Assembly: GCA_018223105.1 (NCBI GenBank)
Contig: JAAEYY010000006.1
Coordinates: 72,806-136,805 of the forward strand
DNA length: 64,000 bases
Source of the DNA: a bacterium
Lineage (GTDB): Bacteria > Bacteroidota > Bacteroidia > NS11-12g > UBA9320
Direction: 5' to 3'
The notes beneath the pieces were generated by a model. The model did not search any database and was not told the origin of the DNA. It worked only from the letters and a program-made list of their open reading frames with translations. Below, piece by piece: positions 19,872-31,672 of the stretch (position 1 is the stretch's first letter; every line of letters begins with the position of its first letter). Made by a program: the position numbers and the translations under genes.

Positions 19872-20135
19872 ATGCCAAGATCATTAAAGAAAGGACCTTT
19901 TGTTCATTATAAACTCGATAAAAAGATCGAGGCGATGAACAATTCAGGAAAGAAAACAGTAATCAAAACATGGAGCAGAAGCTCATTGATTACTCCTGAA
20001 TTTGTAGGACACACCTTCGCTGTTCACAACGGAAACAAATTTATTCCGGTATATGTAACAGAGAACATGGTAGGTCATAAACTAGGGGAATTTGCTCCAA
20101 CAAGAACATTTAAAGGTCACCCGGTTAAAAAGTAA
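19872..20135 (+). CDS. rpsS: 30S ribosomal protein S19
   Basis: [15 protein letters not shown]... Confidence 0.95.
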   Translation: MPRSLKKGPFVHYKLDKKIEAMNNSGKKTVIKTWSRSSLITPEFVGHTFAVHNGNKFIPVYVTENMVGHKLGEFAPTRTFKGHPVKK

Positions 20136-20140
20136 GAACA

Positions 20141-20533
20141 ATGGAAGCGATAGCTAAATTAAATAACTGTCCGATGTCTCCGCGCAAAATGCGCCTGGTA
20201 GTTGATCAAATAAGAGGTCAGCGAGTAGAAGATGCATTGAATGTATTGAAATACAACCAGAAAAGAATGTACGCAGAGCATGTTGAGAAGCTTTTGAAAT
20301 CTGCAATTGCAAACTGGCAGCAGATTAACGATGAGCGAATCGATGAAGAAACCGGACTTATTGTGAAAGATGTATTTGTAAACCAGGGAAGAACACTTAA
20401 GAGAATCCAACCTGCACCGCAAGGACGTGCTCACAGAATTCGCAAAAGATCTAATCACATCACAATTGTGGTAGATACTCTGCAAGTGGCAGAAGAAGTA
20501 ACTGAAGTGGAAGAAATAAACGAAGAAGCATAA
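20141..20533 (+). CDS. rplV: 50S ribosomal protein L22
   Basis: [26 protein letters not shown]... Confidence 0.95.
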   Translation: MEAIAKLNNCPMSPRKMRLVVDQIRGQRVEDALNVLKYNQKRMYAEHVEKLLKSAIANWQQINDERIDEETGLIVKDVFVNQGRTLKRIQPAPQGRAHRIRKRSNHITIVVDTLQVAEEVTEVEEINEEA

Positions 20534-20536
20534 GAA

Positions 20537-21256
20537 ATGGGACAAAAAGTTAATCCAATAGGTTTACGACTTGGAATCATCCGAGGATGGGAAAGTAACT
20601 GGTTCGGAGGAAAAGAATTCGCTACTAAACTAGCTGAAGACAATAAAATCCGTAACTACCTAAGAGCTCGTATCCCAAGAGGGGGTATCTCAAAGATCGT
20701 GATCGAGCGTATGCTTAAGCGTATCATCATTACTGTTCATACTTCTCGTCCTGGTATCGTAATCGGTAAAGGTGGATCTGAAGTTGATAAACTAAAAGAA
20801 GAGGTTAAGAAATTGACGAAGAAAGATGTTCAAATCAACATCTTCGAAATCAAACGTCCTGAACTAGATGCTGTATTGGTAGGTCAATCTATTGCCAACC
20901 AAATCGAGGGTCGTATCTCTTATAAAAGAGCAATTAAAATGTCGATTGCTTCAACCATGAGAATGGGAGCACAGGGAATCAAGGTTATGGTTTCCGGCCG
21001 ATTGAATGGTGCAGAGATGGCTCGTACTGAGCAATTTAAAGATGGAAGAATTCCATTGCATACTTTCAGAGCTGATGTTGATTATGCATTAAGCGAAGCT
21101 CAAACCGTATACGGTAAGATCGGAGTGAAAGTATGGATATTTAAAGAAGAAGTTTACGGTAAACGCGATCTTTCCATTAACATGGGAATGGGCGAGCCAA
21201 AACAAAAGGATCGTAAAAGAGGTGGCGGTAGAGATCGTCATAGAGTAAGAAAATAA
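20537..21256 (+). CDS. rpsC: 30S ribosomal protein S3
   Basis: [20 protein letters not shown]... Confidence 0.95.
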   Translation: MGQKVNPIGLRLGIIRGWESNWFGGKEFATKLAEDNKIRNYLRARIPRGGISKIVIERMLKRIIITVHTSRPGIVIGKGGSEVDKLKEEVKKLTKKDVQINIFEIKRPELDAVLVGQSIANQIEGRISYKRAIKMSIASTMRMGAQGIKVMVSGRLNGAEMARTEQFKDGRIPLHTFRADVDYALSEAQTVYGKIGVKVWIFKEEVYGKRDLSINMGMGEPKQKDRKRGGGRDRHRVRK

Positions 21257-21268
21257 TAGGCTTGAATT

Positions 21269-21688
21269 ATGTTATCTCCAAAAAGAGTAAAATATAGAAA
21301 AAGACAGAAAGGCCGGGTAAAAGGAGTTGCAGGCAGAGGTCATAGAATTGAATTCGGCGACTTCGGTTTGAAATCACTCGAGCCACACTGGATCACTTCT
21401 CGTCAGATTGAGGCAGCGCGTATTGCACTGAACCGTTACATGAAAAGAGAAGGTAAAGTTTGGATCCGCATATTCCCGGACAAACCTGTAACTAAGAAAC
21501 CTGCAGAGGTTCGTATGGGTAAGGGTAAAGGATCTCCTGAATATTGGGTAGCGGTAATTAAACCGGGAACCATCATGTTCGAGATCGACGGAGTGAGTGA
21601 AGAAGTAGCAAGAGAAGGAATGAGACTTGCAGCTCAGAAACTTCCTGTAACTACAAAATTTGTTGTTAGACCTGATTATAGTGAATAA
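21269..21688 (+). CDS. rplP: 50S ribosomal protein L16
   Basis: [16 protein letters not shown]... Confidence 0.95.
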   Translation: MLSPKRVKYRKRQKGRVKGVAGRGHRIEFGDFGLKSLEPHWITSRQIEAARIALNRYMKREGKVWIRIFPDKPVTKKPAEVRMGKGKGSPEYWVAVIKPGTIMFEIDGVSEEVAREGMRLAAQKLPVTTKFVVRPDYSE

Positions 21689-21690
21689 AA

Positions 21691-21906
21691 ATGGAATACT
21701 CTGAATTAACAAGTATGACGGAAAAGGAGCTTCATCTTAATTTAAGAGATGAGAGAGCTCAATTGCAAAAGCTGAAATTCAGCCATGCGGTATCTCCGGT
21801 TGAGAACCCTCATAAATTGAGAGCTTCCAGAAAGCTGATCGCAAGGTACCTGACCGAAATAAACAGAAGAAGAATCGAAAATCAAAGCAACGATGGAGCG
21901 CAATAG
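21691..21906 (+). CDS. rpmC: 50S ribosomal protein L29
   Basis: It is 71 aa with an L29-like coiled helix. Confidence 0.9.
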   Translation: MEYSELTSMTEKELHLNLRDERAQLQKLKFSHAVSPVENPHKLRASRKLIARYLTEINRRRIENQSNDGAQ

Positions 21907-22147
21907 TAGAAAAGCAATCATTGGAACGGTGTTCAGTAACAGAATGGATAAGACCATCACTGTTTCTGTAGAACGTAAAGTGAAACACCCTAAATATGGG
22001 AAGTTCGTAAAGGCAACTTCTAAATTTACTGCACACGACGAAAAGAACGAGTGCAATATCAATGATGTGGTTCGTATTATGGAAACACGTCCATTGAGCA
22101 AGAATAAACGATGGAGATTGGTTGAAATTTTAGAAAGAGCGAAATAA
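21893..22147 (+). CDS. rpsQ: 30S ribosomal protein S17
   Basis: [28 protein letters not shown]... It overlaps rpmC by 14 nt. Confidence 0.9.
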   Translation: MERNSRKAIIGTVFSNRMDKTITVSVERKVKHPKYGKFVKATSKFTAHDEKNECNINDVVRIMETRPLSKNKRWRLVEILERAK

Positions 22148-22148
22148 G

Positions 22149-22517
22149 ATGATCCAGCAAGAATCTAGATTAAAGGTTGCAGATAACAGCGGTGCTAAGG
22201 AAGTACTTTGTATCCGTGTACTCGGTGGTACTCGCAGAAGATACGCAAGCGTAGGAGATCGTATCGTAGTAACCGTGAAGGAAGCATTACCTGCAGGAAA
22301 CATGAAAAAAGGAGCTGTTTCTACCGCGGTAATCGTTAGAACCAAGAAAGAATATAGAAGACCGGATGGTTCATACATCCGCTTCGACGATAACTCATGT
22401 GTATTACTCAACGCTCAAAACGAGCCGAGAGCAACCCGTATCTTCGGACCGGTAGCACGTGAGCTGAGAGATAAGAAATTTATGAAGATTGTTTCATTAG
22501 CTCCAGAAGTATTATAA
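22149..22517 (+). CDS. rplN: 50S ribosomal protein L14
   Basis: [27 protein letters not shown]. Confidence 0.95.
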   Translation: MIQQESRLKVADNSGAKEVLCIRVLGGTRRRYASVGDRIVVTVKEALPAGNMKKGAVSTAVIVRTKKEYRRPDGSYIRFDDNSCVLLNAQNEPRATRIFGPVARELRDKKFMKIVSLAPEVL

Positions 22518-22518
22518 G

Positions 22519-22857
22519 ATGAACAGGAAATTTAACAAAATACCAAAGTTACACGTTCGCAAAGGCGATACAGTTAAAGTACTTTCCGGTGAAGACAAAA
22601 ACAAAACCGGTGAAGTTAAACTAGTAAACCTTCAAGAAGGGACTGCTATCGTTGATGGTGTAAATATGGTGACTAAACACCGCAAGCCGGATGCTGACAA
22701 TCCTAACGGATCTATCGTGAAGTTAGAAGCACCAATCAGAGTGAGCAAGCTTCAGGTTATGGTGAACGGAGAACCTACCAGAGTGGGTAGAAAAAGAAAC
22801 GAACAAGGAAAACTTCAAAGGTATTCGAAGAAGACCGGAGATTTTATAAAGAATTAA
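22519..22857 (+). CDS. rplX: 50S ribosomal protein L24
   Basis: KOW motif [21 protein letters not shown]. Confidence 0.95.
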   Translation: MNRKFNKIPKLHVRKGDTVKVLSGEDKNKTGEVKLVNLQEGTAIVDGVNMVTKHRKPDADNPNGSIVKLEAPIRVSKLQVMVNGEPTRVGRKRNEQGKLQRYSKKTGDFIKN

Positions 22858-22858
22858 A

Positions 22859-23404
22859 ATGAAACCGAGACTTAGAGCACAATACGAGCAAGAAATTGCG
22901 AACACGCTTAAGGAAAAGCATTCATACAAGAATGTGATGGAAATTCCTAAGCTAACTAAGATCTGTTTAAACCAGGGAATAGGTGCTGCTGTTGCAGACA
23001 AGAAACTTGTTGATACTGCGGTTGAAGAAATGTCGATCATCGCGGGTCAAAGAGCAGTTCCTACTTACTCTAAAAAGGCAATCTCTAACTTTAAGTTGAG
23101 AGAAGAAATGCCAATTGGTTGTAAAGTTACCCTAAGAGGAGACAAAATGTATGAGTTCCTCGATAGATTGGTGAACGTTGCACTTCCAAGGGTAAGAGAT
23201 TTCCGCGGAATTAGTGATAAAGGTTTCGATGGAAGAGGAAACTACACCGTGGGTGTACCTGAGCAAATCATTTTCCCTGAAATTGATATTGACAAGGTTT
23301 CCAGAATGAACGGAATGGATATCACTTTTGTGACTACTGCTAAGACGGATGTTGAGTGTCACAGTTTATTAAAAGAATTAGGACTCCCATTTAAAAAGAA
23401 TTAA
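22859..23404 (+). CDS. rplE: 50S ribosomal protein L5
   Basis: [20 protein letters not shown]... Confidence 0.95.
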   Translation: MKPRLRAQYEQEIANTLKEKHSYKNVMEIPKLTKICLNQGIGAAVADKKLVDTAVEEMSIIAGQRAVPTYSKKAISNFKLREEMPIGCKVTLRGDKMYEFLDRLVNVALPRVRDFRGISDKGFDGRGNYTVGVPEQIIFPEIDIDKVSRMNGMDITFVTTAKTDVECHSLLKELGLPFKKN

Positions 23405-23409
23405 GGAAT

Positions 23410-23679
23410 ATGGCTAAAGAATCAATGAAAGCGCGCCAGCGCAAACGTGAACACATGGTAAAGACCTACGCTGCTAAGAGAGCTGCGTTAAAGGAGGCCG
23501 GTGATTTCGAAGGACTTCAAAAGTTGCCTAGAAATGCATCACCTACTCGTCTGAGAAACAGATGTTCTTCTACTGGAAGACCTCGTGGTTATATCAGACA
23601 ATTTGGGGTTTGCCGTAACGTGTTCAGAGAAATGGCTTCTCAAGGTCTTATTCCAGGAGTAACAAAAGCAAGTTGGTAA
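23410..23679 (+). CDS. rpsN: 30S ribosomal protein S14
   Basis: [14 protein letters not shown]...W is the long, non-zinc form at 89 aa. Confidence 0.95.
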   Translation: MAKESMKARQRKREHMVKTYAAKRAALKEAGDFEGLQKLPRNASPTRLRNRCSSTGRPRGYIRQFGVCRNVFREMASQGLIPGVTKASW

Positions 23680-23683
23680 GAAG

Positions 23684-24091
23684 ATGAGTAAAATTACAGA
23701 TCCAATAGCAGATTATTTGACTCGTATCCGCAACGGTATTAAAGCAAATCACCGTATCGTGGATATCCCTGCGTCAAACCTTAAAAAAGCAATCACTGAA
23801 GTGTTGTTTGAAAAAGGATACATCCTCAACTATAAGTTTGATGATGCTGCAGGTCCACAAGGAACGATTAAAATCGCATTGAAATATCACCCGGTAACTA
23901 AGCTTAGCGCAATCCGGGAATTGAGAAGAGTAAGTAAACCAGGCCTGCGTCAGTATAAAGGAAACTCTGAGCTTCCAAGAGTATTGAACGGTCTTGGTAT
24001 CGCTATCATCTCTACTTCTAAAGGTGTAATGACCGATAAAGAAGCGAGAAAAGAGAATGTTGGCGGTGAAGTATTGTGTTACGTTTCATAA
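23684..24091 (+). CDS. rpsH: 30S ribosomal protein S8
   Basis: [18 protein letters not shown]... Confidence 0.95.
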   Translation: MSKITDPIADYLTRIRNGIKANHRIVDIPASNLKKAITEVLFEKGYILNYKFDDAAGPQGTIKIALKYHPVTKLSAIRELRRVSKPGLRQYKGNSELPRVLNGLGIAIISTSKGVMTDKEARKENVGGEVLCYVS

Positions 24092-24100
24092 AAGAGAAAG

Positions 24101-24652
24101 ATGTCACGGATAGGAAATAACCCAATAAAATTACCTCAAGGAGTTGAGGTGAAGTTAGACAATCAACTAATTACCGTAAAAGGTCCTAAAGGTGAATTGC
24201 ACCAGGAACTAAAAGAAGGTATTAGCCTAAACATCGAAGATGGTCAGGTTGTCTTAAATAGAGCTTCAGATTCTAAGGAGCACAGAACTATGCACGGTTT
24301 ATGTCGTTCACTTGTGAACAACATGATCACCGGTGTAAGTGAAGGCTTCAAAACAGTACAGGAGCTTGTAGGTGTTGGATATAGAGCAAATGTTCAAGGT
24401 CAGGTATTAGAACTAAACCTAGGATATTCACACTCTATCTTTATGAAGGTTCCGGATGAAGTTAAAGTATCTGCGGAAGCTGAAAAAGGTAAAGCACCTA
24501 AGGTAATTTTAGAGAGTTTTGATAAACAATTAGTGGGCCAAGTTGCAGCTAAAATCAGATCTCTAAGACCACCTGAGCCTTACAAAGGAAAAGGTATCAA
24601 GTTTGAAGGAGAACAATTAAGAAGAAAAGCAGGTAAAACTGCAGCTAAATAA
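24101..24652 (+). CDS. rplF: 50S ribosomal protein L6
   Basis: [20 protein letters not shown]... Confidence 0.95.
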   Translation: MSRIGNNPIKLPQGVEVKLDNQLITVKGPKGELHQELKEGISLNIEDGQVVLNRASDSKEHRTMHGLCRSLVNNMITGVSEGFKTVQELVGVGYRANVQGQVLELNLGYSHSIFMKVPDEVKVSAEAEKGKAPKVILESFDKQLVGQVAAKIRSLRPPEPYKGKGIKFEGEQLRRKAGKTAAK

Positions 24653-24660
24653 TCATAGTC

Positions 24661-25005
24661 ATGATCGCTAGCAAGACAAGAAGAAGAAATAAGATCAAAC
24701 AAAGGGTAAGAAAGAGAGTATTCGGTACTTCAGAAACCCCTAGATTGTCAGTGTTCAGAAGTAACAAGGCAATCTATGCTCAGATCATCGATGATACTAA
24801 AGGAGTTACTCTTTTAGCAGCTTCATCGCAAGGAATGGATAAAGGAACCAAAGTTGAAATGGCTGCTCAGGTTGGAAAAGCAATTGCTGAAAAGGCAAAA
24901 GCTAACGGAATTGAGCAAGTTGTTTTCGATAGAAATGGTTACTTATACCACGGTAGAGTTCAAAGCCTTGCAGAAGGTGCACGTGAAGGAGGTTTAAAAT
25001 TTTAA
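24661..25005 (+). CDS. rplR: 50S ribosomal protein L18
   Basis: It is 114 aa with a C-terminus ...GAREGGLKF. Confidence 0.95.
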   Translation: MIASKTRRRNKIKQRVRKRVFGTSETPRLSVFRSNKAIYAQIIDDTKGVTLLAASSQGMDKGTKVEMAAQVGKAIAEKAKANGIEQVVFDRNGYLYHGRVQSLAEGAREGGLKF

Positions 25006-25008
25006 GAT

Positions 25009-25527
25009 ATGGCAACGCAAACATTAAAAAGAATAAAAACTACAGATCTCGAACTTAAAGAGACTGTTGTAAACATCAACCGAGTAGCAAAAGTTACAAA
25101 AGGGGGTAGAACCTTTAGCTTTAACGCTATTGTAGTTGTTGGTGATGGTAATGGAATTGTGGGTCATGGATTAGGTAAAGCCGGAGAAGTGATCGATTCA
25201 ATCCAAAAAGGAATTGAAGATGCTAAAAAGAACTTGATTAAAGTTCCAATCATCAATAACACTATTCCTCACGAGCAGTACGGTAAGTACTCAGGAGGTA
25301 AAGTGTTTATGAAGCCTGCTGCAAACGGTACCGGTGTAATTGCCGGTGGTGCGATGCGTGCTGTATTCGAGAGTGCAGGTATTCACGATGTATTAGCAAA
25401 ATCAAAAGGATCATCAAACCCTCACAACGTGGTAAAAGCAACAATCGACGCTCTTTCTAAATTAAGAGATCCTTATACTGTTGCTGAACAAAGAGGAACT
25501 TCATTGTCTAAAGTTTTTAACGGATAA
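25009..25527 (+). CDS. rpsE: 30S ribosomal protein S5
   Basis: [26 protein letters not shown]. Confidence 0.95.
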   Translation: MATQTLKRIKTTDLELKETVVNINRVAKVTKGGRTFSFNAIVVVGDGNGIVGHGLGKAGEVIDSIQKGIEDAKKNLIKVPIINNTIPHEQYGKYSGGKVFMKPAANGTGVIAGGAMRAVFESAGIHDVLAKSKGSSNPHNVVKATIDALSKLRDPYTVAEQRGTSLSKVFNG

Positions 25528-25531
25528 GAAG

Positions 25532-25711
25532 ATGGCGAAATTGAAAATTACTCAAATTAAAAGTGCGATTAAAAGACCTGAGTCTCAGAAGCGTACTTTG
25601 GTGGCTTTAGGCCTCAATAAGATCAATCGCAGTAAAGAGGTTGAAGAATCTCCTGCTGTGATGGGAATGATAAAGAAAGTTGAACACTTGTTAAAAGTAG
25701 AAAAAGCATAA
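25532..25711 (+). CDS. rpmD: 50S ribosomal protein L30
   Basis: MAKLKITQIKSAIKRPESQKRTLVALGL... The true ATG is at 25532; the track ORF beginning at 25481 over-extends the 5' end. Confidence 0.9.
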   Translation: MAKLKITQIKSAIKRPESQKRTLVALGLNKINRSKEVEESPAVMGMIKKVEHLLKVEKA

Positions 25712-25712
25712 G

Positions 25713-26162
25713 ATGGACTTAAGTAGTTTAAAACCTGCAGAAGGCGCTGTTATTAAGAAAGGTAAACGCGTAGGACGTGGTCAGGGATCAGGAAAAGGCG
25801 GAACCGCCACTCGTGGTCATAAAGGAGCACAGTCTAGAAGCGGATACTCCAAGAAGCTTGGATTCGAAGGAGGTCAAATGCCATTGCAGCGACGCGTACC
25901 AAAATTTGGTTTTAAAAACCCAAATAGAGTAGAGTACGTAGGTATAAACCTGGATCGTTTGCAGGAATTTGCAGATAAATACAAATTGAGCGAAGTAACC
26001 GCTGAAGATTTAGCAGCTAAGAAAATGGTGAAAAAATCTGATGTAGTTAAAATCCTTGGAAGAGGTGAGCTTAAATCTAAACTGAACGTAAAAGTTCACG
26101 CATTTACGAACGCGGCTAAAGAGGCTATTGAGAAAGCAGGTGGTTCGGTAGAAACGATCTAG
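25713..26162 (+). CDS. rplO: 50S ribosomal protein L15
   Basis: MDLSSLKPAEGAVIKKGKRVGRGQGSGKGGT. Confidence 0.95.
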   Translation: MDLSSLKPAEGAVIKKGKRVGRGQGSGKGGTATRGHKGAQSRSGYSKKLGFEGGQMPLQRRVPKFGFKNPNRVEYVGINLDRLQEFADKYKLSEVTAEDLAAKKMVKKSDVVKILGRGELKSKLNVKVHAFTNAAKEAIEKAGGSVETI

Positions 26163-26163
26163 T

Positions 26164-27522
26164 ATGAAGAAATTTATCAGTACATTAAGAAATATTTTCT
26201 CTATTGAGGAGCTCAAGACCAGAATATTAAATCTGGGTCTTTTGCTTTTGGTATACAGACTCGGAACTTTTATTGTTCTTCCGGGAGTGGATCCTAACGT
26301 TCTGGCAGACATTAATGCCGGAAATGAGTTAGGTGGACTTCTTGGTTTGATCAATACCTTCTCAGGAGGTGCTTTCGAGCGAGGCTCAGTGTTCGCACTG
26401 GGTATTATGCCCTATATCTCAGCATCGATTGTAATTCAGCTTCTAACCATTGCGGTTCCTAGCTTCCAAAAGATGCAAAAAGAAGGAGAAGACGGTAGAA
26501 GAAAATTAAACTTAATTACTCGATATCTAACTATTGCTATTACCGCAGTTCAAGGTTTTGCTTACTTAGTAAACCTTAAAAGTGAAAAAGCTGCCGCTAT
26601 AATTAGTGTTACTGATCCTACCGTAATGGGAGATGCAACATTTATGATTACCGGTGTACTTGTGCTTGTTGCAGGTACTATGTTCACAATGTGGTTAGGA
26701 GAAAGAATTACAGATCGTGGTATTGGTAACGGTATATCTATCATCATCATGGTGGGTATTATCGCGAGATTACCACTTGCATTACTTGCCGAGATTCAAT
26801 CAACTTTTGAATCTTCTTCAGTAATTCTTTTGATCATCGAATTTATCATCTGGATATTGGTAATCCTGGCAGTAATTGCCCTGGTTCAAGCAACCAGAAG
26901 GATTCCGGTTCAGTATGCGAAACGAATTGTTGGAAACCGTCAGTACGGCGGAGTAAGACAGTACTTACCATTAAAAGTAAACGCGGCTGGTGTAATGCCG
27001 ATCATCTTTGCTCAAGCTTTGATGTTCTTACCTGCCAGCGCAACTCAGCTTGAGTTCTTGCAAGATTCATCCGTTTTGATGTCGCTTGCAGATCCTTATA
27101 GCTGGACCTATAACATCATCTTCTTTATTATGATTGTGTTGTTCACGTATTTCTATACTGCAATTACAATCAACCCAAATCAAATCGCAGACGATTTGAA
27201 AAGAAATGGTGGATTTATTCCCGGAGTTAAACCCGGAAAGAAAACAGCAAACTTTATCGGATCGGTAATGTCTAGAATTACTTTACCGGGATCTATATTC
27301 CTAGGTTTTGTAGCAATATTTCCGGTGTTCGCAATAATGTTTAATGTGAACGATCAGTTTGCACAGTTTTACGGAGGAACATCATTATTAATTATGGTGG
27401 GAGTGGTATTGGACACTTTACAGCAAGTGGAGCAATACTTGATGATGAGACATTATGACGGCTTAATGAAGACCGGTAGAATAAAGGGAAGAACATCGGT
27501 TGGAGGAGCTGTAACAGGATAA
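26164..27522 (+). CDS. secY: Preprotein translocase subunit SecY
   Basis: It has 10 transmembrane segments. Its position after rplO is conserved. Confidence 0.95.
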   Translation: MKKFISTLRNIFSIEELKTRILNLGLLLLVYRLGTFIVLPGVDPNVLADINAGNELGGLLGLINTFSGGAFERGSVFALGIMPYISASIVIQLLTIAVPSFQKMQKEGEDGRRKLNLITRYLTIAITAVQGFAYLVNLKSEKAAAIISVTDPTVMGDATFMITGVLVLVAGTMFTMWLGERITDRGIGNGISIIIMVGIIARLPLALLAEIQSTFESSSVILLIIEFIIWILVILAVIALVQATRRIPVQYAKRIVGNRQYGGVRQYLPLKVNAAGVMPIIFAQALMFLPASATQLEFLQDSSVLMSLADPYSWTYNIIFFIMIVLFTYFYTAITINPNQIADDLKRNGGFIPGVKPGKKTANFIGSVMSRITLPGSIFLGFVAIFPVFAIMFNVNDQFAQFYGGTSLLIMVGVVLDTLQQVEQYLMMRHYDGLMKTGRIKGRTSVGGAVTG

Positions 27523-27567
27523 GTTTGATAAGAAGAAAAATAAAGTTAATTTTGCACCCCTTTTAAA

Positions 27568-27786
27568 ATGGCGAAACAACAATCAATAAAGCAAGATGGA
27601 GTGATCACCGAAGCACTTTCGAACGCAATGTTCAGAGTGAAGTTGGAGAATGATCATGAGATTATTGCAACGATTTCCGGTAAGATGCGTATGTATTATA
27701 TCCGGATTTTGCCAGGTGACAAAGTACAGGTGGAGATGTCTCCATATGATTTGTCTAGAGGGAGAATAACTTATAGATATAAATAA
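27568..27786 (+). CDS. infA: Translation initiation factor IF-1
   Basis: [32 protein letters not shown]... Confidence 0.95.
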   Translation: MAKQQSIKQDGVITEALSNAMFRVKLENDHEIIATISGKMRMYYIRILPGDKVQVEMSPYDLSRGRITYRYK

Positions 27787-27818
27787 GCGTCCTTGGGACA
27801 AACCAATATATTAAACAC

Positions 27819-27935
27819 ATGAAAGTTAGAGCATCTGTTAAGAAGAGAAGCGCCGATTGTAAAATCGTGAAGAGAAAAGGACGTGTTTACGTCATTAACA
27901 AGAAGAATCCAAAATTTAAACAAAGACAAGGATAA
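27819..27935 (+). CDS. rpmJ: 50S ribosomal protein L36 (not in the ORF track because it is short)
   Basis: The 38-aa translation is [38 protein letters not shown]. It sits between infA and rpsM, which is the canonical position. Confidence 0.85.
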   Translation: MKVRASVKKRSADCKIVKRKGRVYVINKKNPKFKQRQG

Positions 27936-27938
27936 GAA

Positions 27939-28316
27939 ATGGCACGAATTGCTGGTATAGATTTACCTAGAAACAAACGTGGAGTCATCGGATTGACTTA
28001 CATCCACGGAATTGGCTCGAGCAGAGCTGCGTTCATTCTCGATCAGGCGAAAGTTGATCAGAATAAGAAAGTGGAAGATTGGACCGATACCGACATTGCC
28101 GGTATTCGTCAGGTTATTGGAAATGAGTTCAAGGTAGAAGGTGAATTGCGCTCTGAGGTTCAGATGAACATTAAGCGTTTGATGGATATTGGTTGTTACC
28201 GTGGACTAAGACATAGAAAAGGTCTTCCGTTAAGAGGACAACGTACGAAAAACAATGCTCGTACCAGAAAAGGTAAGAAGAAAACTATTGCTGGTAAGAA
28301 GAAGGCACCTAAATAA
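27939..28316 (+). CDS. rpsM: 30S ribosomal protein S13
   Basis: [14 protein letters not shown]... Confidence 0.95.
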   Translation: MARIAGIDLPRNKRGVIGLTYIHGIGSSRAAFILDQAKVDQNKKVEDWTDTDIAGIRQVIGNEFKVEGELRSEVQMNIKRLMDIGCYRGLRHRKGLPLRGQRTKNNARTRKGKKKTIAGKKKAPK

Positions 28317-28326
28317 TCCCTGATCG

Positions 28327-28716
28327 ATGGCAACAACAAAGAAAAACACGAAGAAAAGAAAGGTTAATGTTGAAGCAAATGGTTTTGCTTATATCAAATC
28401 AACATTTAACAATATAATCATTTCAATTACCAATGCACAAGGACAGGTTATTTCCTGGAGTAGTGCAGGTAAGATGGGATTCAGAGGTTCTAAGAAGAAC
28501 ACTCCGTATGCAGCGCAAGTTGCAGCTTCGGAATGTGCTAAAGTAGCCTTGGATGCCGGATTGAGAAAAGTTGAAGTAATGGTAAAAGGACCCGGTGCCG
28601 GTAGAGAATCTGCGATTCGTACCCTTAACCAAGCAGGTCTTGAAGTTTCCGCTATTCGCGATGTTACTCCATTACCTCACAACGGATGTAGACCACCAAA
28701 AAGAAGAAGAGTATAA
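28327..28716 (+). CDS. rpsK: 30S ribosomal protein S11
   Basis: It is 129 aa with a C-terminus ...[13 protein letters not shown]. Confidence 0.95.
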   Translation: MATTKKNTKKRKVNVEANGFAYIKSTFNNIIISITNAQGQVISWSSAGKMGFRGSKKNTPYAAQVAASECAKVALDAGLRKVEVMVKGPGAGRESAIRTLNQAGLEVSAIRDVTPLPHNGCRPPKRRRV

Positions 28717-28727
28717 AGAATTAGGAA

Positions 28728-29330
28728 ATGGCAAGATACAGAGGACCCAAAGCGAAAATTGCACGACGGTTTAGAGAGCCTATTTTCGGCCCTTCAAAGG
28801 CGCTTGAGAAAAAGAATTACCCTCCGGGAATGCATGGCAATTCTCGTAGAAGAGGTAAAAAATCTGAGTATGCTATTCAGTTGGCTGAGAAGCAAAAAGC
28901 AAAATACACTTACGGTGTATTAGAAAAGCAATTTGCCCTTACCTTCGATAAAGCTGCTAGAAAGAAAGGAATTACAGGTGAAAACCTTTTGAAATTCCTA
29001 GAATCTCGTTTAGATAATACCGTGTTTCGTCTAGGAATCGCTCCTACTCGAAGAGCTGCTCGTCAGTTGGTATCACACAAACACATTAAAGTAAATGGTG
29101 TTTTAACCAACATTCCTTCTTACTCACTTAGACCAGGTGATAAAATTGAAGTGCGTGAGCGTTCAAAATCACTTGAGCTTATCAGCGATGCTTTGACCGG
29201 AAGAAAACAATTTTCATGGTTAGAGTGGGACAATGGATCTTATACAGGTACATTCCTGAACTATCCTGAAAGAGAAGAGATTCCTGAAAACATTAAGGAA
29301 CAATTGATCGTAGAACTTTATTCTAAATAA
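28728..29330 (+). CDS. rpsD: 30S ribosomal protein S4
   Basis: [15 protein letters not shown]... Confidence 0.95.
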   Translation: MARYRGPKAKIARRFREPIFGPSKALEKKNYPPGMHGNSRRRGKKSEYAIQLAEKQKAKYTYGVLEKQFALTFDKAARKKGITGENLLKFLESRLDNTVFRLGIAPTRRAARQLVSHKHIKVNGVLTNIPSYSLRPGDKIEVRERSKSLELISDALTGRKQFSWLEWDNGSYTGTFLNYPEREEIPENIKEQLIVELYSK

Positions 29331-29336
29331 TAAAAT

Positions 29337-30329
29337 ATGCCAATATTAGATTTTCAACAGCCTGACAAGGTAATCATGCATAAAGAAACAGACAACTACG
29401 GTCTGTTTGAATTTAGCCCACTTGAAAAAGGTTACGGTGTAACTGTGGGTAATGCCATGAGAAGAATCTTGCTATCTTCTTTGGAAGGATGGGCAATTAC
29501 TTCTATCCGAATTCCGGGAGTTGACCACGAATTCGCAACTATCAAAGGCGTATTGGAAGATGTAACAGAGATTGTGCTTAACATGAAGCAAGTTCGATTC
29601 AAGAAATTGATCGACTCGAATGAAAGCGAAAAAATCTTTGTAAGCCTAAAAGGAAAAGAGCAATTCACTGCAGGTGAAATTGCACGTTATACAAATGCAT
29701 TCGAAATCCTTAACCCGGATTTCGTAATCTGCTCAATGGAACCATATGTAAACCTTGAAGTTGAACTTACAGTTGAAAAAGGTAGAGGTTATGTTCCTGC
29801 GGAAGACAATGAGCAAGAAAATGCTCCTATCGGAGAAATTGCTATTGACTCTATCTTCACACCTATAAAGAACGTTACTTATAAGGTAGAAGATTTCCGT
29901 GTTGAGCAAAGAACTGACTTTGAAAAATTAATCTTCGAAGTAAAAACTGACGGGTCTATTCACCCGGAAGAAGCTTTGAAAGAAGCTGCGAAGATTATGA
30001 TTCGTCACCTTGTATTATTCTCAGACGAGAGTATCCTTCTAGATACTCAAGTTCAGTCTCAGAAGAACGAGGTTGATGAAAATATGCTTCACATGAGAAA
30101 GATCTTGAAAACTCCACTTTCTGATCTAGACCTTTCTGTTCGTGCTTACAATTGCTTGAAAGCTGCGGAAATCAGAACTCTAGGTGAACTAGTGAGCTAC
30201 CAGATCGAAGATCTATTGAAGTTTAGAAACTTTGGTAAGAAATCACTTACTGAATTAGAAGATTTTGTAAAAGAAAAAGGATTGAACTTCGGAATGGATA
30301 TTTCTAAGTACAACCTTGACGACGAATAA
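29337..30329 (+). CDS. rpoA: DNA-directed RNA polymerase subunit alpha
   Basis: It is 330 aa with the N-terminal and C-terminal domain architecture of RpoA. Its position after rpsD is conserved. Confidence 0.95.
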   Translation: MPILDFQQPDKVIMHKETDNYGLFEFSPLEKGYGVTVGNAMRRILLSSLEGWAITSIRIPGVDHEFATIKGVLEDVTEIVLNMKQVRFKKLIDSNESEKIFVSLKGKEQFTAGEIARYTNAFEILNPDFVICSMEPYVNLEVELTVEKGRGYVPAEDNEQENAPIGEIAIDSIFTPIKNVTYKVEDFRVEQRTDFEKLIFEVKTDGSIHPEEALKEAAKIMIRHLVLFSDESILLDTQVQSQKNEVDENMLHMRKILKTPLSDLDLSVRAYNCLKAAEIRTLGELVSYQIEDLLKFRNFGKKSLTELEDFVKEKGLNFGMDISKYNLDDE

Positions 30330-30334
30330 GAATC

Positions 30335-31063
30335 ATGAGGCACGGAAAGAAATTTAATCACTTAGGACGCAAGAAAGGGCATAGAGATGCTATGCTTAGC
30401 AATATGGCAAGCAGCTTAATCTTGCACAAGCGTATCTTTACTACCACTGCTAAAGCAAAAGCGTTGAGAGTATACGTAGAACCTTTGATCACCAGATCAA
30501 AAGATAATACAACTCACTCTAGACGTGTGGTATTTAGCTACCTTCAAGATAAAGATGCAGTAAATGAACTTTATACCACTGTTGGTCCTAAAGTAGCTGA
30601 TCGTCCCGGAGGATATACCAGAATCCTAAAAACACACAATCGTTTGGGAGATAACGCAGACATGTGTATGATGGAGTTGGTTGATTTTAACGAACTTATG
30701 CTAGAAGCTCAAGAGAAATCTACAGCAAAGAGCGGTTCTAAACGTACACGTAGAGGTGGCAAGAAATCAACAGGTACATCTACTCCTAAAGCAGCAGCAG
30801 AGAAAGTAGCTAAGAAAGCAGAGGAAGTAGCCGAAGAGGTTAAAGATACTGCCGAAGAAGTTGTTGAAACTGCAGCTGAAAAAGTAGAAGAAGTAGCAGA
30901 AAATGTTGCCGAAACTACAGAAGACGTTGTTGAAGAAGTGAAAAATACGGCAGAAGAAGCAGTAGAAGCTGTGGAAGATGCGGTTGAAGATGCTACTGAT
31001 TCTAACGACGATTCATCAGATGATTCTTCTGAAGAAGATTCAGACGAGAAAAAAGACAAATAG
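30335..31063 (+). CDS. rplQ: 50S ribosomal protein L17 with a roughly 120-aa acidic, repetitive C-terminal extension
   Basis: The L17 core is [21 protein letters not shown]...MELVDFNE. The tail is rich in AEEV / VEEV repeats and ends [17 protein letters not shown]. Confidence 0.9.
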   Translation: MRHGKKFNHLGRKKGHRDAMLSNMASSLILHKRIFTTTAKAKALRVYVEPLITRSKDNTTHSRRVVFSYLQDKDAVNELYTTVGPKVADRPGGYTRILKTHNRLGDNADMCMMELVDFNELMLEAQEKSTAKSGSKRTRRGGKKSTGTSTPKAAAEKVAKKAEEVAEEVKDTAEEVVETAAEKVEEVAENVAETTEDVVEEVKNTAEEAVEAVEDAVEDATDSNDDSSDDSSEEDSDEKKDK

Positions 31064-31086
31064 TAAAACAGAAATTAAATACAGAA

Positions 31087-31116
31087 AGTCTCGCTTTACG
31101 GCGGGACTTTTTTTTG
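31087..31116 (+). terminator. Rho-independent terminator of the ribosomal superoperon
   Basis: The hairpin is GTCTCGC-TTTAC-GGCGGGAC, followed by TTTTTTTT. Confidence 0.7.
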
Positions 31117-31117
31117 C

Positions 31118-31483
31118 CTAAATTTTATAGATATCCGTGGGATTGTCGAGGATAATGGCCTTATTTCCGCGCACCGCTATAGGGCTTCTAACCAGATGCG
31201 GATTATTCATGAGTAAATAGACCCAATCTCGCTCCTCAAAATCCCGTCCTCTAATATTAGCTTGGTAATAGGGAAGGCTTTTATCTAGCAATTCCTTTGG
31301 CGACTTATTCAACTTACTTAGGATACTGTGCCAGATGGTTCCTGTGCCTTTCGTCTTTTGAATATCAAAGGCGTTTACATTGGATGAAATACTTCGGGCG
31401 TATGCCAGCGCCTTCTTAGCTTTTGAACATTCAGGATTGTAATAGATCTGAATTTCGGCAGTGGATGTGATGGTTTTATGCAT
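31118..31483 (-). CDS. ArsC/Spx-family protein (arsenate-reductase-like thioredoxin fold)
   Basis: The N-terminal CxxS motif is YYNPECSKAKKAL. It is about 121 aa. Confidence 0.6.
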   Translation of the reverse strand: MHKTITSTAEIQIYYNPECSKAKKALAYARSISSNVNAFDIQKTKGTGTIWHSILSKLNKSPKELLDKSLPYYQANIRGRDFEERDWVYLLMNNPHLVRSPIAVRGNKAIILDNPTDIYKI

Positions 31484-31672
31484 GAGCGTCTAGTTTTAGT
31501 CCTTATTAAGGTAATATACTGCTGGGAAAATTCAAAGTGGCTCTGTATAAGTAACTGATAAATAGCGTTCCAAATTTTCCACCATTTGTCAATTAGGAGC
31601 AATATTCAGTGAGTTGAGGGGCGGATTTAAATCTGAGCTTAACTTCCTTTGAAAACGCTCCACTTCCGAAAA

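Noticed and set aside
30709-31059. Minus-strand 116-aa Ser/Ala/Thr-rich ORF
   Set aside because: It is the reverse complement of the repetitive acidic L17 tail and is a low-complexity artefact.
31118-31602. ORF 31375-31602 (-) extending upstream of the ArsC-like gene
   Set aside because: It is a different frame overlapping the ArsC-family gene's 5' end and promoter region, with no support.
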